From assembly GCF_009914755.1 (NCBI RefSeq), contig NC_060936.1: a stretch of DNA of 64,000 nt; one strand, given 5' to 3'. The notes beneath the pieces were generated by a model. It worked only from the letters and a program-made list of their open reading frames with translations. It was not told the origin of the DNA and ran no database searches. Position numbers and translations under genes: made by a program. Source of the DNA: the human T2T-CHM13v2.0 reference genome, Homo sapiens. Shown here piece by piece: positions 28,611 to 43,794 of the stretch (position 1 is its first letter; every line of letters begins with the position of its first letter).

Positions 28611-30693
28611 AAGAGCTGGAAAAAGTTCTCCAAAGCAAGAGTTCTCAGCGGGCCCCCTCCCACTCCTTTCTAAGCTTTTGGCTGTCTGTGACTATACAGC
28701 TGTCTGATCAGCTAACTGATTACACTCAGATCCTGGGCTCCTTTCTTGTTTTCCTTCTGCAGAAATATATATATATATATATTTTGCACAAAGATGAAAT
28801 CCGTCCTAGGGTCTTAAGATTTATTAACTGTTGCCTGAGTTGTTTCACATGATGTCAGGGGAGGAGGCAAGCCCAGGCTCCCCTTAGAAGTTCCCTACAC
28901 AGAGGGCTTTGGGTAATTCCCTCGATTTTGTAAAGACGTTGGGTTGGCTTAAATGATTAGCAGGAGATCCTTAAGGAGGACTTAACTTAAGCATTTAAGG
29001 TTCTTCTGTGTCTCTCTGAGTGCCCCTCCTGGGTTGCCTGGATTTTCACATCTGGCAGGCAAATTTAGAAAGGGTTTTCTAGCCTCTCTTCCCCTCTGCT
29101 GATTTTCTGAGCCTTGTTAGAGTGGGCGTCTGTGTTGGGGGCTGGGGGTTCCCTCCTTCAAAGCACTGGAGGTCAGCCCCCACTGCCAGCATGTGGTCTG
29201 TGTTCAGGGAGACGTGCCAGGGACCTCCAAGGGCTTCCAGCTCTTAGAGGCAAAGGGGATCAAGTTACAGAGGGCTTTTTTTTTTAAGTTCATCTGGGAG
29301 GGCAGCCATGGGAGCCCAGGGGGTTGGAGGTCTGTCTGTCTTCTGCTCTAATCTTGTCTGTGCTGGTTTATCCAGAGGAGTCAGGAAGTTCAGAGAAAGG
29401 AGGGTGTCTGCCGATTTCATCCCGCTTGCATATCAAGGCCTGCGGTTCAGCACAGCGTGTTCCTAGGATGTGCCTGTTCTGTTCGGTTCAAGCTGCAAGT
29501 CTCCCCTCCTCTCCCACTGATTTAGAGGCCACTTAGGAAGTAGCCTTGGGTGGTTGTCTCTGGCTCTGGGGACTGCTGTCTTGGTGCTCTTTGTTGTCTT
29601 TCCACAGCTGCGTTGAGGGGGTCTTCATCTCATTCACCCCTGGAAGGTCCCCATCACTCCCCAAGTCCCAAACACCAGTACTAAAAAAAAAAAAAAGCTC
29701 TTGGCAGCAGTGCAGCCTGCAGCTCTCCATGCATTTGAGGAGCTGATCCTGCTGCACATAGACCTGGAGCCAGGGAAGAGGAAAGATGTAAAGTCTTCTT
29801 CTCATTCCAGGCAACTTGTGGGCAGCTTCAGGCCACACCTCCGGGATATCAACCAGGGGCTCACACACCCAAGAATCTTGGCAGAACTGTGTCCACACAG
29901 ATGTGAGGACAATTCCTGGCCACCATTCCTGGCCACCTTTCTGTGTTTCTCTAATACAAACTTGGTCATCAATGCAACTGTTTGTACAGACATTTTTTAA
30001 AAAAGAACAGTAACATTTGGATGGTTCTTTTGAGTTTACAGGGGGCTTCTATGTCCCTTCCCATATTTACATAAGGCACTAGGGGCGTCTTAAAATGACT
30101 TTTAGCTGTTGTTTCTTTTTTGCTTTTCCTTGGCAAGGACACGCTCTGTGGAAAGTATGGGGATGTGCCGAAGGCCTTCAAAGCTTGGGAACATGGTAGT
30201 CTTAACAATTTGGAGACCTTGAAAATGAGTAGTGTTCACATTGAAAATGTTTTTTTCCCCTGTCTAACATTAACACCTGATATCTCTAGGTTCAAAAAGT
30301 CTTCTGCCTAATTTTGCTTATCTGCTTGAATACTCTATCGGTGCTTCTTTCTTCTGAGTTGTTTTTTTAAAGACCTATTGTCTTATTACAGTAAAGCTTA
30401 TTTTAGTTGCAACAAAATGACAAAGATATTTTATTTTTAATAAATAAAGAGCTGTTACAAATTCATAAGGAAATATAAATAGACTAGTAGGGAAAAAAGT
30501 AAGACCAGGGTGATACATAGAGCAAAGACCCAGTATATTAATGGCATTAATAGATTAGCCTAATTATTTGGTCATCAGCAGTCTTCATTGATCTAAGCTA
30601 TAGCCCAAATACTAAAATGGGGTTCTGCAAGGACAAGATGAAATGTACACCATTTGGGGAATGATACTGCTCACCATCCTGATATTCTATGCT

Positions 30694-30786
30694 CTTTCTT
30701 TCTTTCTCTTTCTTTCTCTTTCTTCCTTCCTTCCTTCCTTCCTTTCTTTTTTTCTTTTTCTTTCTTTCTTTCTATTTTTCTTTCTT

Positions 30787-30817
<31 letters not shown>

Positions 30818-30905
30818 CTCTTTCTTTCTGTCTTTCTCTCTCTCTCTTTCTCTCTTTCTTTCTTCCTTCCTTCCTTCCTTTCTTTTTTCTTTTTCTTTCT
30901 TTCTC

Positions 30906-30971
<66 letters not shown>

Positions 30972-30972
30972 T
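30694..30972. repeat. Compound (TTTC/TTCC/TC)n polypyrimidine tract (expanded Alu tail)
   Basis: Read directly; contiguous with the 3' end of an antisense Alu. Confidence 0.95.
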
Positions 30973-31209
30973 TGACAGAGTCTCACTCTGTCACCTAGTC
31001 TGGAGTAATCTCAACTCACTGCAGCCTCCGCCTCCCAGGTTCAAATGATTCTCCTGCCTCAGCCTCCTGAGTAGCTGGGATTACAGGTACCCACTACCAG
31101 GACCGGCTAGTTTTTGTATTTTTGGTAGAGACGGGGTTTCACCATCTTGGCCGGGCTGGTCTCGAACTCCTGACCTCTGGAGATCCAACCACCTCGGCCT
31201 CCCAAAAAC
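30702..31209 (-). mobile_element. 5'-truncated AluS
   Basis: Alu body 30973-31207; TSD tct[a/g]tgctctttcttt at 30686-30701 and 31210-31225. Confidence 0.9.
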
Positions 31210-31599
31210 TCTGTGCTCTTTCTTTGGGTATCTGCTGGTGAAGACTAACCAGCTTCTGTGTTGCTTTTCATTTATTCTCAGGATGTCTAGGATGGAAAGG
31301 CAATGGGAATACATTTGTTATTTTTACCAATTGTTGGAATTCTCAGTAAGTATTTTAATTTGGAGTAGTAAAGGAAGATAAAAGTAGTCTGTTGATGTAA
31401 AAAAGTAATTACTGTCATTGCTAATCATTTATCTCCCAAGGTGTTTTATTTTACTCGAATGGATTTAAAAATAGTTTAGCTCAATGTCAACCACACTTTT
31501 GGGGGAAGTCAGGACTCAGTCAACATTATGTAGTTTATCGGAAAAAAATATATTACGCAAGCTCTCCTGAAACACAATGGAGCTAACTACTCTATACAA

Positions 31600-32309
<710 letters not shown>

Positions 32310-33154
32310 AGCCTGGCCACGCTTCTTTGAAATTGTTCAGCAAGAAACAGGAAGAGAAGAAAGTGTCCTTTTGTGCTAGATGCATTTTGAGAACACCTTT
32401 CTAATACCACTGTACAAAAGTATTAGTCAAGGAGTCCAGTTATCTTGATTACATAAGCTAGAAAATCTTCCAAACCTGTTTGAACAGAAGAAAGGAGCTG
32501 AGACATAGCCCCCAGTGGATGCCCCTGGCCGAGGTGTCACTCATCACTCTCACAGTTTGATCTCAGGACATCATTTCCTCCCTCCTTTTATTCTGTTCTT
32601 CTGTTCTGTGGGATTCTTTGAAGAGTGTTGAGAAGCCTTTACATCTGATTTTGCTCCACAAGCCAAGGCTCCTCTTCAGACCAGGTGGGTTTTCTTTTCA
32701 TCCTGCTTTGATCCTTCCCAGGGAGGGCAGAGAAGGAATTCTGCTGCCTGGAACTGCTGCTCTCCTTCTCTGCCCCTGGGCCCCTGGGCCCCTGCTGGAT
32801 GCTTGGGGATGTTTCCTATTAGTGGGCAGAGCTTCCCCTCCGCCCTTTGAACTTCATTTCCTTAGGAGCCGGGAGGACCTGCCCTGGCTGCCTGTGCGGT
32901 GCATTTGCATTGACTGCACAGTGCAGAGGTTGCTGATGGAGGTCCATTCTTTGCAATCTTCAGGGATTCTGAACATCCTTTGATCGTGCAAAGTAAGCAG
33001 GATCCCCAAGATGTCCCCAGGGAGATGTAGCAAACTGGGATAGCAAGGTGGCCCAAGAGAAGTTTAGGGTGACAGATGCTGCCAGGTGGCAGTTGGGGAA
33101 CGTTTAAGGCAATTGAGTCTGTGCAGGTGCATCCGGGGAGTTAAAACGAGCTGT

Positions 33155-33448
<294 letters not shown>

Positions 33449-34162
33449 GGAGCTGTCTTCTTCCTTATTTAGATATCCCTAAAGTAACTCTATACTGTTA
33501 CCAGTTTCTCATAAGGTTAGAGCTGTTGGCCCTTACTGAGTATCTTATCCTGTTGTTGAGGAAGTGATTGCAATATTCCACTAAATCATTTTTTTCTTTA
33601 ATAAGTTTTATTGAGACATAATTTACATGCATAAAATTAACCCTTTTAAAGTCTACGAGCCAATGACATTTAATATATTAAGAGTTGTACAATCAACGCT
33701 ATCATTTAAATTTAGATTATGTTTTCCACCCAGAAAAAAAACCCTGTATTCATTCAGCAGTCACTCCACAGACCTGATTTCCTCACCCTGGCCACCATTA
33801 TCCAATTTCTGTCTCTATGGATTTGCCTATTTGGGACATTTCATATAAATGAAACCATACAATATACATACAATAAAATTCTGTGTAATATGAACAAAAC
33901 TTCATACAACACAATATGCAGTGCTTTGTGAATTAATTTCATTTAGCGTGAGGTTTTGTTGTTCATTGTGTCATTGCATGTATGAATAATTCATTCTTTT
34001 ATGACTGGGTAATCTTCTATTATATGGATATTCCACATTTAGTTTATCCATTCATTCGTTGATAGACGTTTGGCTTGTTTCCACCTTTTGGCTATTACGA
34101 ATAATGCTGCTGTGAACATTTATGATTCATGTACATGTTTTCGTGTGGATATATGTTTTTAT

Positions 34163-34466
34163 TTCTTTTTATTTTTTTATTTTTTGAGACGGAGTCTTGC
34201 TCTGTTGCCCAGGCTGGAGTGCCGTGGCGCAATCTAGGCTCACTGCAAGCTCCGCCTCCCGGGTTCACGCCATTCTCCTGCCTCAGCCTCCAGAGTAGCT
34301 GGGACTACAGGAGCCCGCCACCACATCCGGCTAATTTTTTTGTATTTTTAGTAGAGACAGGGTTTCACCGTGTTAGCCAGGATAGTCTCCATCTTCTCAC
34401 CTCGTGATCCACCCGCCTCGGCCTCCCAAAGTGCTGGGATTACAGGTGTGAGCCACCGTGCCGGCA
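34163..34466 (-). mobile_element. AluY in L1MB
   Basis: gcaagctccgcctcccgggttcacgccattctcc; TSD tatatgtttttat. Confidence 0.95.
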
Positions 34467-34934
34467 GTATATGTTTTTATGTCTTTTGGGTATAGTCCTA
34501 AAAGTGGAATTGCTGTGTCGTGAGGTAACTCCATCTTTAACATTTTGGGGAACTGTCAAACTGCTTTCTGAAGTTGCTACACTATAGAGCCATAAGAGCA
34601 ATGAAAGAGATGTCCAATTTCTCTGCATCCTCATCAACACTTGCTATTGCCCGTCTTTATCTCAGTCATCTTGTTCTGTTTGCAGTGGTGTCTCATTGTA
34701 ATTTCGATTTGCATTTCCTGAATCACTAATGATGCTGAGCATCTTTTCATGAACTTATCACCTATAGGTGCATGAAATTATGTGCTTATAGGCCAATTAA
34801 GAATTGGTTCTATATATCTATATAAATAGGTAGATCTAGATGTCCAAATTGTTCTTATTTCAAAGCAAAACACAAACCATACACATGCAGGTTCTGTTGA
34901 GCCTAATGCTTTCCTTCCTAAAAAAGATGAGTTT

Positions 34935-36755
34935 CTTTTTTTTTTTTTTTTTTAATTTCCAGCTTTTATTTTAAGTTCAGGGCTCTAGTGGTTTGCTGCA
35001 CAGAATATCCCATCACCCAGGTATTAAGTCCAGCATCCATTAGCTATTCTTCCTGATCCTCTCCCTCCTCCCCGCCCACCACCCTCTAACAGGCCTCAGT
35101 GTGTGTTGTTTTCCCCCCATGTATTCTCATGATTTAGCTCCCACCTATAACTGAGAACATGTGGCATTTGTTTGTCTGTTCCTGCATTAACTTGCTAAGG
35201 ATAATGGCCTCTAGCTCCATCCATGCCCCTGCGAAGTACATGATCTCATTCCTTTTTATGGCTGCGTAGTATTCCATGGTGTATATGTACCACATTTTCT
35301 TTATCCAGTCTATCACTGATGGGCACTTAGGTTGATTCCATGTCTTTGCTATTGTGAATAGTGCTGCAGTGAACGTATGTGTACGTGTGTCTTTAAAAAA
35401 GAATGATTTATATTCCTTTGAGTATATACCTAGTAATAGGATTACTGGGTCAAATGATATTTCTATCTTCAGGTCTTTGAGGAATCGCCACACTGTCTTC
35501 CACAATGATTGAACTATTAGATAATTTACACTCTCACCAACAGTGTATCAGCATTCTTTCTTCTCCACAGTCTCGCCTCCGTCTGTTATTTTTTGACTTT
35601 TTAATAGTAGCCATTCTGACAGATGGGAGATGGTGTCCCATTGCAGTTTTGAATTACATTTTTCTAATGATCAGTGATGTTGAGCTTCTTTTCATATGAT
35701 TGTTGGCCGCATATATGTCTTCTTTTGAGAAGTTCCTGTTTATGTCCTTTGCTCACTTTTTAATGGGGTTGTTTGTTTTTTTTTCTTGTAAATTTGTTTA
35801 AGTTCAGATGCATAGTTTGCAAATATTTTCTCCTATTCTGTATGTTGTCTGTTTATTCTGTTGATAGTTTCTTTTGTTGTGCAGAAGCTTTTTAATTTAA
35901 TTAGATCCCATTTGTCAGTTGTTGATTTTGTTGCAATTGCTTTTGTCATCTTTATCATGGAAACTTTGCCCATGCCTGTGTTCTGAATGGTATTGCCTAG
36001 GTTGTCTTCTATGGTTTTTAAAGTTTTGGGTTTTACATTTAAGTCTTTAATCCATCTTGAGTTAATTTTTGTATATGGTATCCTTTGTATAAGGAACCCT
36101 TTCTATAAGGGGTCCTTACACCCCTGCATATGGCTAGCCACTTACCCTAGCACTAATTATTGAATAGGGAATCCTTTCCCCATTGCTTGTTTTTGTAAGG
36201 TTTGTCAAAGAGTAGATAGCTGTAGGTGTGTGATCTTATTTCTGTTTTTTTATTCTCTTCCATTGGTCTATATGTCTGTTTTTGTACCAGTACCATGCAG
36301 TTTTGGTTAATGTAGCCCTGTAATGTACTTTGAAGTCGGGTAATGGTGATACCTCCAGCTTTGTTCTTTTTGCTTAGGATTGCCTTGGCTATTTGGGTTC
36401 CTTTTTTGTTCCATATGAATTTTAAAAATAGATTTTTCTAGTTCTGTGAAGTATCTTAATGGTAGTTTAATAGGAATACCATTGAATCTATAAATTGCTT
36501 TGGGCAGTATGGCCATTTTAACAATATTAGTTCTTTCTATCCATGAGCATGGAATGTTTTAACATTTGTGTCATCTCTAATTTTTTTGAGGACTGTTTTG
36601 TAGTTCTTCTTATAGAGATCCTTCATATCCCTAGTTACCTGTATTCCTAGATATTTTATTCTTTTTGTGAGTTGTGAATGGGAATAGGTTCCTGATTTGG
36701 CTCTTGTCTTGACTGTCGATGGCGTATAGGGATGTTAGTGATTTTTCCACATTGA
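34935..36755 (-). mobile_element. Older primate L1 (L1PA13-16/L1PREC2-like), 5'-truncated
   Basis: Poly-T, 3'UTR and ORF2 remnants; ORFs 35134-35505 and 36307-36516 translate as L1 ORF2p. Confidence 0.9.
35134..35505 (-). pseudogene. L1 ORF2p C-terminal remnant (not a gene)
   Basis: [11 protein letters not shown]...AALFTIAKTWNQPKCPS...WYIYTMEYYAAIK matches the L1 ORF2p C-terminus. Confidence 0.9.
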
Positions 36756-36929
36756 TGATTTCCCTGATTGAATGATCTTGGCACCCTCGTCAAAAATAAA
36801 TTGACCATAAGTGCGAGGGTTTGTTTCTGGACTCTGAATTCTATTCTACTGATCTGTATGTCTATCCCTATGTTAGTTCCATGAAGTCTTGATCAATATG
36901 GCTTTGTAATAAGTCTCAAAATCAGGAAC

Positions 36930-37890
<961 letters not shown>

Positions 37891-38615
37891 ATGTCTTCCT
37901 TTTATTCAAGACTGTTTTGGCTATTCTTGGTCTCTTGCAATTCCATGTGAGTTATAGGATCAGCTTGTCATTTTCTACAAAAAGGCAGCTGGGATTTTGA
38001 TAGGGATTGCATGAATATGTAATCAATTTGGGGAGTGTTGCCATCTTAACAATATGCATCTTCCAGTCCATGAACATGGGATGTCTTTCTCATTCATTCA
38101 GGACTTTAATTTTCTTATACAATGGTCTGTAGTTTTCTGAGTACAAGTCTTGCACTTCCTTTGTTAAATTGATGCCTAAGTATTTTATTATTCTTCAGGC
38201 TGTGGTAAATGGAATTATTTTCTTCATTTCATTTTGGATTGTTCATTGTATCATATAGAAATACCACTGATGCCTGCATATTGTGTATCCTGTAACTCTA
38301 CTGAATTCAAGTGTAAGCTGTAATTTTTCTTTATGGATTCCTTAGGATTTCCTGAATACAGATCATGCCACCTGAGAAGAGAAATGGTTTTATTTCTTCC
38401 TTTCTAATCTAGATGCTTTTCCTTTTCTTTCGTTACCTAAATGCCCTAACTAGAAACTCCAGTACAACATCAAGTAGACATGGTGAGAGCAAACATCTTT
38501 GTTCTACTATTGATCCTAGGAGGAACACATTAAATCTTTCACTATGAAGTATGATGGCAGCTGTGGTCCACTGAGTGCTTTTGTGTAAAAATGACTGGCA
38601 TTTCAGGCCCTTTCT

Positions 38616-38724
38616 TGGGTGTCCAACCAACCTAGTTTTCCTGGAATTGAGGGATTTCCTAAAACCTGAGGCTTATGCCAAAACTGGAAGGTTTCCAGCC
38701 AACCAAGAAGACCTGGTAATCCTA
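38616..38724. mobile_element. MER81-like hAT-Blackjack MITE
   Basis: gggtgtccaacc...gagggatttcc...aaaactggaa...tggtaatccta, a CpG-decayed MER81 pattern with terminal inverted repeats. Confidence 0.7.
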
Positions 38725-39024
38725 GAGCTTTGTCATCTTTCTGTGAGGTGAAAGTGTTTACTTATTTATTTCCTAAAAGTAAATCATCATTAGGGCTTCT
38801 TTGCAGCTCAAACACGCAGTTTCTTTGCATCCCTGAGAATCTGTTTCTCCTTAATGAAATGTCACTAGAGATCTGAAGAGGATGTGTCACTGAGAGAATT
38901 GGCTGAAAATACCAGTTGCCAATTATGACATGTTTTCTATTTGAAAAATGCTTTGTTTTGAAGTTATTTGTTTGTTATTTGTAACCCTGAAGTGGTATGG
39001 GTGGGGAGGACTCTGGGTGGTCTT

Positions 39025-39306
<282 letters not shown>

Positions 39307-40164
39307 GAGCCCTTGTTTTTAAAAGGCAGAGTCACCACCATCAAATGACCCATGCTGCAGGGCAGAGCTGCCTGCCAGGTGAGCATGAGTGGCCCTTGGC
39401 ATGCCACCACTGAATCCTTCAAGCTTGGTGCCACATTCCTAAAGCTTTCTTTCTAAAGTTATGTCTTGGATCACGGGGGTTGGGGGTTTATGCTACTACA
39501 AAGGAAGAGATAGTTGAGACAAGCACTCCCCACCTCCCTAAAATTCTATGAATATTCATACATACACTCCTTCTAATTGCCACTCATAGGTTCTTGTCAA
39601 ATTGCCCCCAAATTTATTCTTCTACCAATACCTATTGGGCTCCTTTTGTGTTTCAGGTATGCTAGGTATATACCATCAAAGCAGGCTGGACAAAGATTCT
39701 TGCCCTTATGAAGCTTGTGTGCCCCAGTTGGGATTTTTTCACGTAATTTCTTTGGTGGCAGTAATGCAAAATTTCCACCTGATCCATTGGAAAAAATAGA
39801 ATGTCTACTTGTAGGTAAATTCTCCTCTTTTCTCTCTCTGTATTAATATTTCTACTTCTTTTTCTTTCTCTGTCTCCTCCAGAGTGCCTCTGGCTCTCTA
39901 AATATGTATGAACACGTACCGTACACACACACACACACACACACGTGCAAGCATACATGTGTGATTTCAGCTTAAAAATTACTTTTGAGAAGCACATCTA
40001 ATACAAAAGAGGATGTCTCTAAAATAGCCGCCTGTGAGTTGAAATTCATCTTCAATTACATTTTTATTTCATTCAGAAAAACTCCCATTTGGGCAAAATT
40101 GTCTTCTATGAATTATCAAAAATGAAGAATTTTTTGGATGCAAATAACATGAAATCATCACTCC

Positions 40165-41340
40165 TTTTTTCGTTTATTCAACTAATGTTGATGAAACGTC
40201 TACTTTTTTTCTTAAGCAGTTTGGGGGCTGAGGGTACAAGAGAGGGGTGGCCAGAAATCCCTGCTGCTTTTGCGTTGAGGTGGGAGTTTGGGTGGGGGAC
40301 TAGATGGCAAGTTAGAGATGTGAATACCATGCTGGGTGCTGGGAGTGAGAAGGGCTAGGGGGCAAAGCAATGCTGTAGAGAGGACAGAGCGTGACGGGGC
40401 CACCCCTTAGATGGGTGAAAGAGAAGGCTTCTCCCTGGAACCTCACAGAGACTTGAGTGAAGTGAAGAAGGGGCACTGTGAATATTTGGGGAGGAGCTGT
40501 CCAGGTGAGGGGACAGATAGTGCAAAAGCCCAGAGTGGAATTAGCTGGGTGCATTGGAGGAAGAGCAACGGTGAGATGGCCATGTGGCTGGAGCAGAGTG
40601 AGTGTGGGAAAGGGGTGGGGGATGCATCAGGGACATGGGCAGAGTCCTCTTCATGTGGTCCAGGCAGGCCACATGTGTCCCAGATTGGAGCTGTTCCCAG
40701 TATCCACTCTCCCTTTACTTCTTGAGGAACAGAACTCCTGATGGTTAGCTGAGCGCTCGACCACCCAGAATAACGACTGCCCTTTCCAGCCTCCTTTGCA
40801 ACTAGGCTTGGCCTGGTAATTGTGCTCTAAATTTTGCTATATAAAGGCAGTTACATATATTACTAGAGGCACCAGTAGCTTCCAGGAAGTCACCTTAAAG
40901 GTAGGGGCATTGCCTACTTCTTAATGGCTGGAATATGAATATAATGGCAGGACCCCAGCAGCTGTACTGAATCATGAGGTGGCCCTGGGAGTAGAAACAA
41001 AAGGAAGAAAAGAGCCTGAGTCTCTTACTCCATAAAATGCCCCAACTGTCCAAGAACCCAAGAGAGAAATGAACTGCTCTCTTATTTAAGCCTGTGCTGT
41101 GTGGGGTCGTCCTGTAACTCACCACTGACCCTAAGCCGTTTTCATACCCCATAGTAAGGACTTTACAGTTTATTTGAATTCAATGGGAAGCTGTTGAAGA
41201 GTCTGGGGCCAAGGAGTGATATGACCTGGTTCATTTTTTTAAAGGCTCACTCTGTGTACTATAAGGAGACTGGACTCCTAGGGGCTGAGAAGGGACATAG
41301 AAAGGTCTGTTGGGGCCATTGCAGTCATCCAGGTAGAAGG
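40165..41340 (-). mobile_element. L2 fragments (about 40165-40660 and 41150-41340) split by an LTR
   Basis: gagaaggcttctccctgga...agtgcaaaagccca...gctggagcagagtgag; after the LTR gtaaggacttta...atgggaagctgttgaag. Confidence 0.7.
40674..41150 (+). mobile_element. Ancient ERVL-type LTR (LTR33/LTR16-like)
   Basis: cccagtatccactctcc...tttccagcctcctttgcaactagg...gagagaaatgaactgctctcttatttaagcc. Confidence 0.65.
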
Positions 41341-41466
41341 TAATTATATTAGTCAGGGTTCTCTAGAGAAACGGAACCAATAGGAAGACATATATATTCA
41401 AATATATCATATATATTCACATGCATATATTGATATATATGAATGTATGCTACTTAACAATATGTC

Positions 41467-41874
41467 TGTCTTATGCCATTTGTATTGCTATAAAGAAGTA
41501 CCTGAGGCTGGGTAATTTATAAAGACAAGAAATCTATTTGGTTCATGGATCTGCAGGCTGTACAGGAAATATGGTGCCAGCATCTGGATCTGGGGAGGCC
41601 CTCAGGCTGCTTCCACTCATGGTGGAAAGTGAATTGGAGCAGGTGTGTATAGATCACATAGTGAGAGAGAGGAAGTGAGACTTTTCAACAACCAGTTCTT
41701 GTGGGAACTAAGGGGGAGGGCTGACTCACTCCCGTGAGAATCTCATCAAGCTATCCATGGGGAATCCACCCTCAGGATCCAAACACCTCCTAGCAGGCCC
41801 CACCTCCAATACTGGGGATGAAATTTCGACATGAGATTTGGCAGGGACAAACAAACCATGTTGAAAGCAGAGCG
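41467..41874 (-). mobile_element. MSTB-type solo LTR
   Basis: MST consensus motifs; 5-bp TSD atgtc at 41462-41466 and 41875-41879. Confidence 0.9.
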
Positions 41875-42128
41875 ATGTCATACGTGTACATGTATGTGAG
41901 TAGGTTTATTATAAGGAATTGGCTCATGCAATTATGGAGGCTGAGAAGTCCCAAGATCTGCAAGGTGAGTCAGTGATCTGTAGGCCCAGGAGAGCCAGTG
42001 TTCCTGTCTGAAGGCTGTCAGGCAGGAAAAATGTCTTACTCAGGGGAGTGTCAGTCTTTTGTTGTATTCAGGTCTTCACTGATTGCACAAGGCCTACCCA
42101 TTTAGGAAGGACAATGTGTTTTACTTAG

Positions 42129-42501
42129 TGTGTTAGCCTGTTCTCACACTGCTAATAAAGATATACCTGAGACTGGGTATTTATAAAGGAAAGAGGTTTA
42201 ATTGACTCACAGTTCCACGGGGCTGGGGAGGCCTCAGGCAACTTACAATCATGGCAGAAGGGGGAGCAAACATGTCCTTCTTCACATGGCGGCAGGAAGG
42301 AGAAGTGTCGAGTGAAGTTGGGGAAAGCCCCTCATAAAACCATCAGATCTCGTGAGAACTTACTCACTGTCACAAGAACGGCATGGGGAACCATGACCAT
42401 GATTCAGTTACCTCCCACTGGGTCCTTCCCACAACACATGGGGATTATGGGAACTACAATTCAAGATGAGATTTGGGTGGGAACACAACCAAATCATCTC
42501 A
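42129..42501 (-). mobile_element. THE1 (C/D-type) solo LTR
   Basis: ctgctaataaagatatacctgagactggg...gatgagatttgggtggg; TSD cttag at 42124-42128 and 42502-42506. Confidence 0.93.
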
Positions 42502-43794
42502 CTTAGTCTACTGATTCAAAAGTTAATCTCATCCCAAAACATCCAGACACAACAAAATAATGTTTGACCAAATATCTGGACACCTAGTCAGGTTGACACA
42601 TAAAATCAGCCATCCCCATAATTACTCAGATGAAGGAGGAAGGGAGGGAGATGATGGACGCAATCACCTTTCAAATGCTTTTGACTTCAGGTATGTAGAT
42701 TTGATTTGTAGAACCTTAACTTTTATAAACAGGGAGTCTAATAGTTCACAGCTCTGTAGCTACTTTGCTTTGATTGTTCAAGGAGTTTGCCTCTTAGCAC
42801 CCTATGCAGGATCCCTCAGGAAGCCAGGGCCAGGGCAAAGTTGTGATTTTCATGTTTCTGGTGAGAGAGGAATTACATAAAGGAAAGAAATACCTTTTTC
42901 TAATTTAGTTCAGTGAGGAAGTGTGACATCTGGAAGCAAAGCACAAGGGAACTGTCCGAGGTGGGAGAGAAGCAGGGTCTCAGGGGCCCCAAGTGCTCCA
43001 GAGAACATAGCCAGGCATCCTATTTCTGTCCCATACTTGGCTATTCTGTCCATTTTTTCTAAAAGATCTTCTCTAACACTCATAAAGCATATAACAAAGT
43101 AGAGAAATACAAGAGACAAATATAAATCAAGGCCAAAGAAAACAGAAGTGGGGTTGAGACCAGGAGGAAATAATTCAAACACTGCTAATCATCCATGTTT
43201 ATCAACAGTGAATAAAATCTAAAAATGCAACTCCCGAGGCTTCCTGGCAGCATGAGTGAAAAGGGAAACTTGAGCAAACACCTGCTTCCCCCTGTCTGGA
43301 GGAGAAAGACCAGAGATGTGGTCGTGGTGAAGGTTTCCTGCCACCTAGGTTTGCAAGATGGCGCGGGACTTTCACAGAGAACAGAGGTGCTAACGCTGCG
43401 ATCTGAGACCCCGGGAGTCTGCGACTCCTTCAATTTCTGCCAAGGCCGGCTGCTCCTGGAAATGCAGCGGCAGCATTCACAAGGGCGTTCTCCCATGGTG
43501 TTTTCTTAGCAAAGCTGAGGACAGGTCAACAAAGGAGGACTCAGAAGAGCCGTTTTATTTATTGCCCCTACTTTGCGCAGCTCCTCCCCTCCTGCAGCTT
43601 TTTATTGGGGTGTTGCTTCCTCTGAATGGTGTCAGGATAACGATGCTGTTTGTTTTCCCACATTGGCAGAGAGCACAGGAGGAGGCAGCCTGGCTGGAAG
43701 TGCTGTCTCTGCCTTGGCTCTGGAACCAAGGGTGGGTTGTTCAATCTCCCGGGTCCCACTTTCCTCCTGGTAGTAGTGGCCGCAACCTGGTGGG

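Larger units (their letters stand above)
41346..42617 (-). mobile_element. MLT2B-type (ERVL) LTR hosting two nested MaLR LTRs
   Basis: tattagtcagggttctctagagaaacggaaccaatagga...aaggaattggctcatgcaattatggaggctgagaagtcccaagatctgc...gttgacacataaaat. Confidence 0.9.

Noticed and set aside
30643-31048. Hydrophobic or charged low-complexity ORFs (also 44124-44696)
   Set aside because: Translations of CT-rich simple repeats.
42218-42232. PRDM9 hotspot 13-mer in the THE1 LTRs (also ~49268-49280)
   Set aside because: The minus strand reads CCTCCCCAGCCCC and CCTCCCCAGCCAT; both lack the T at position 7 of CCNCCNTNNCCNC.
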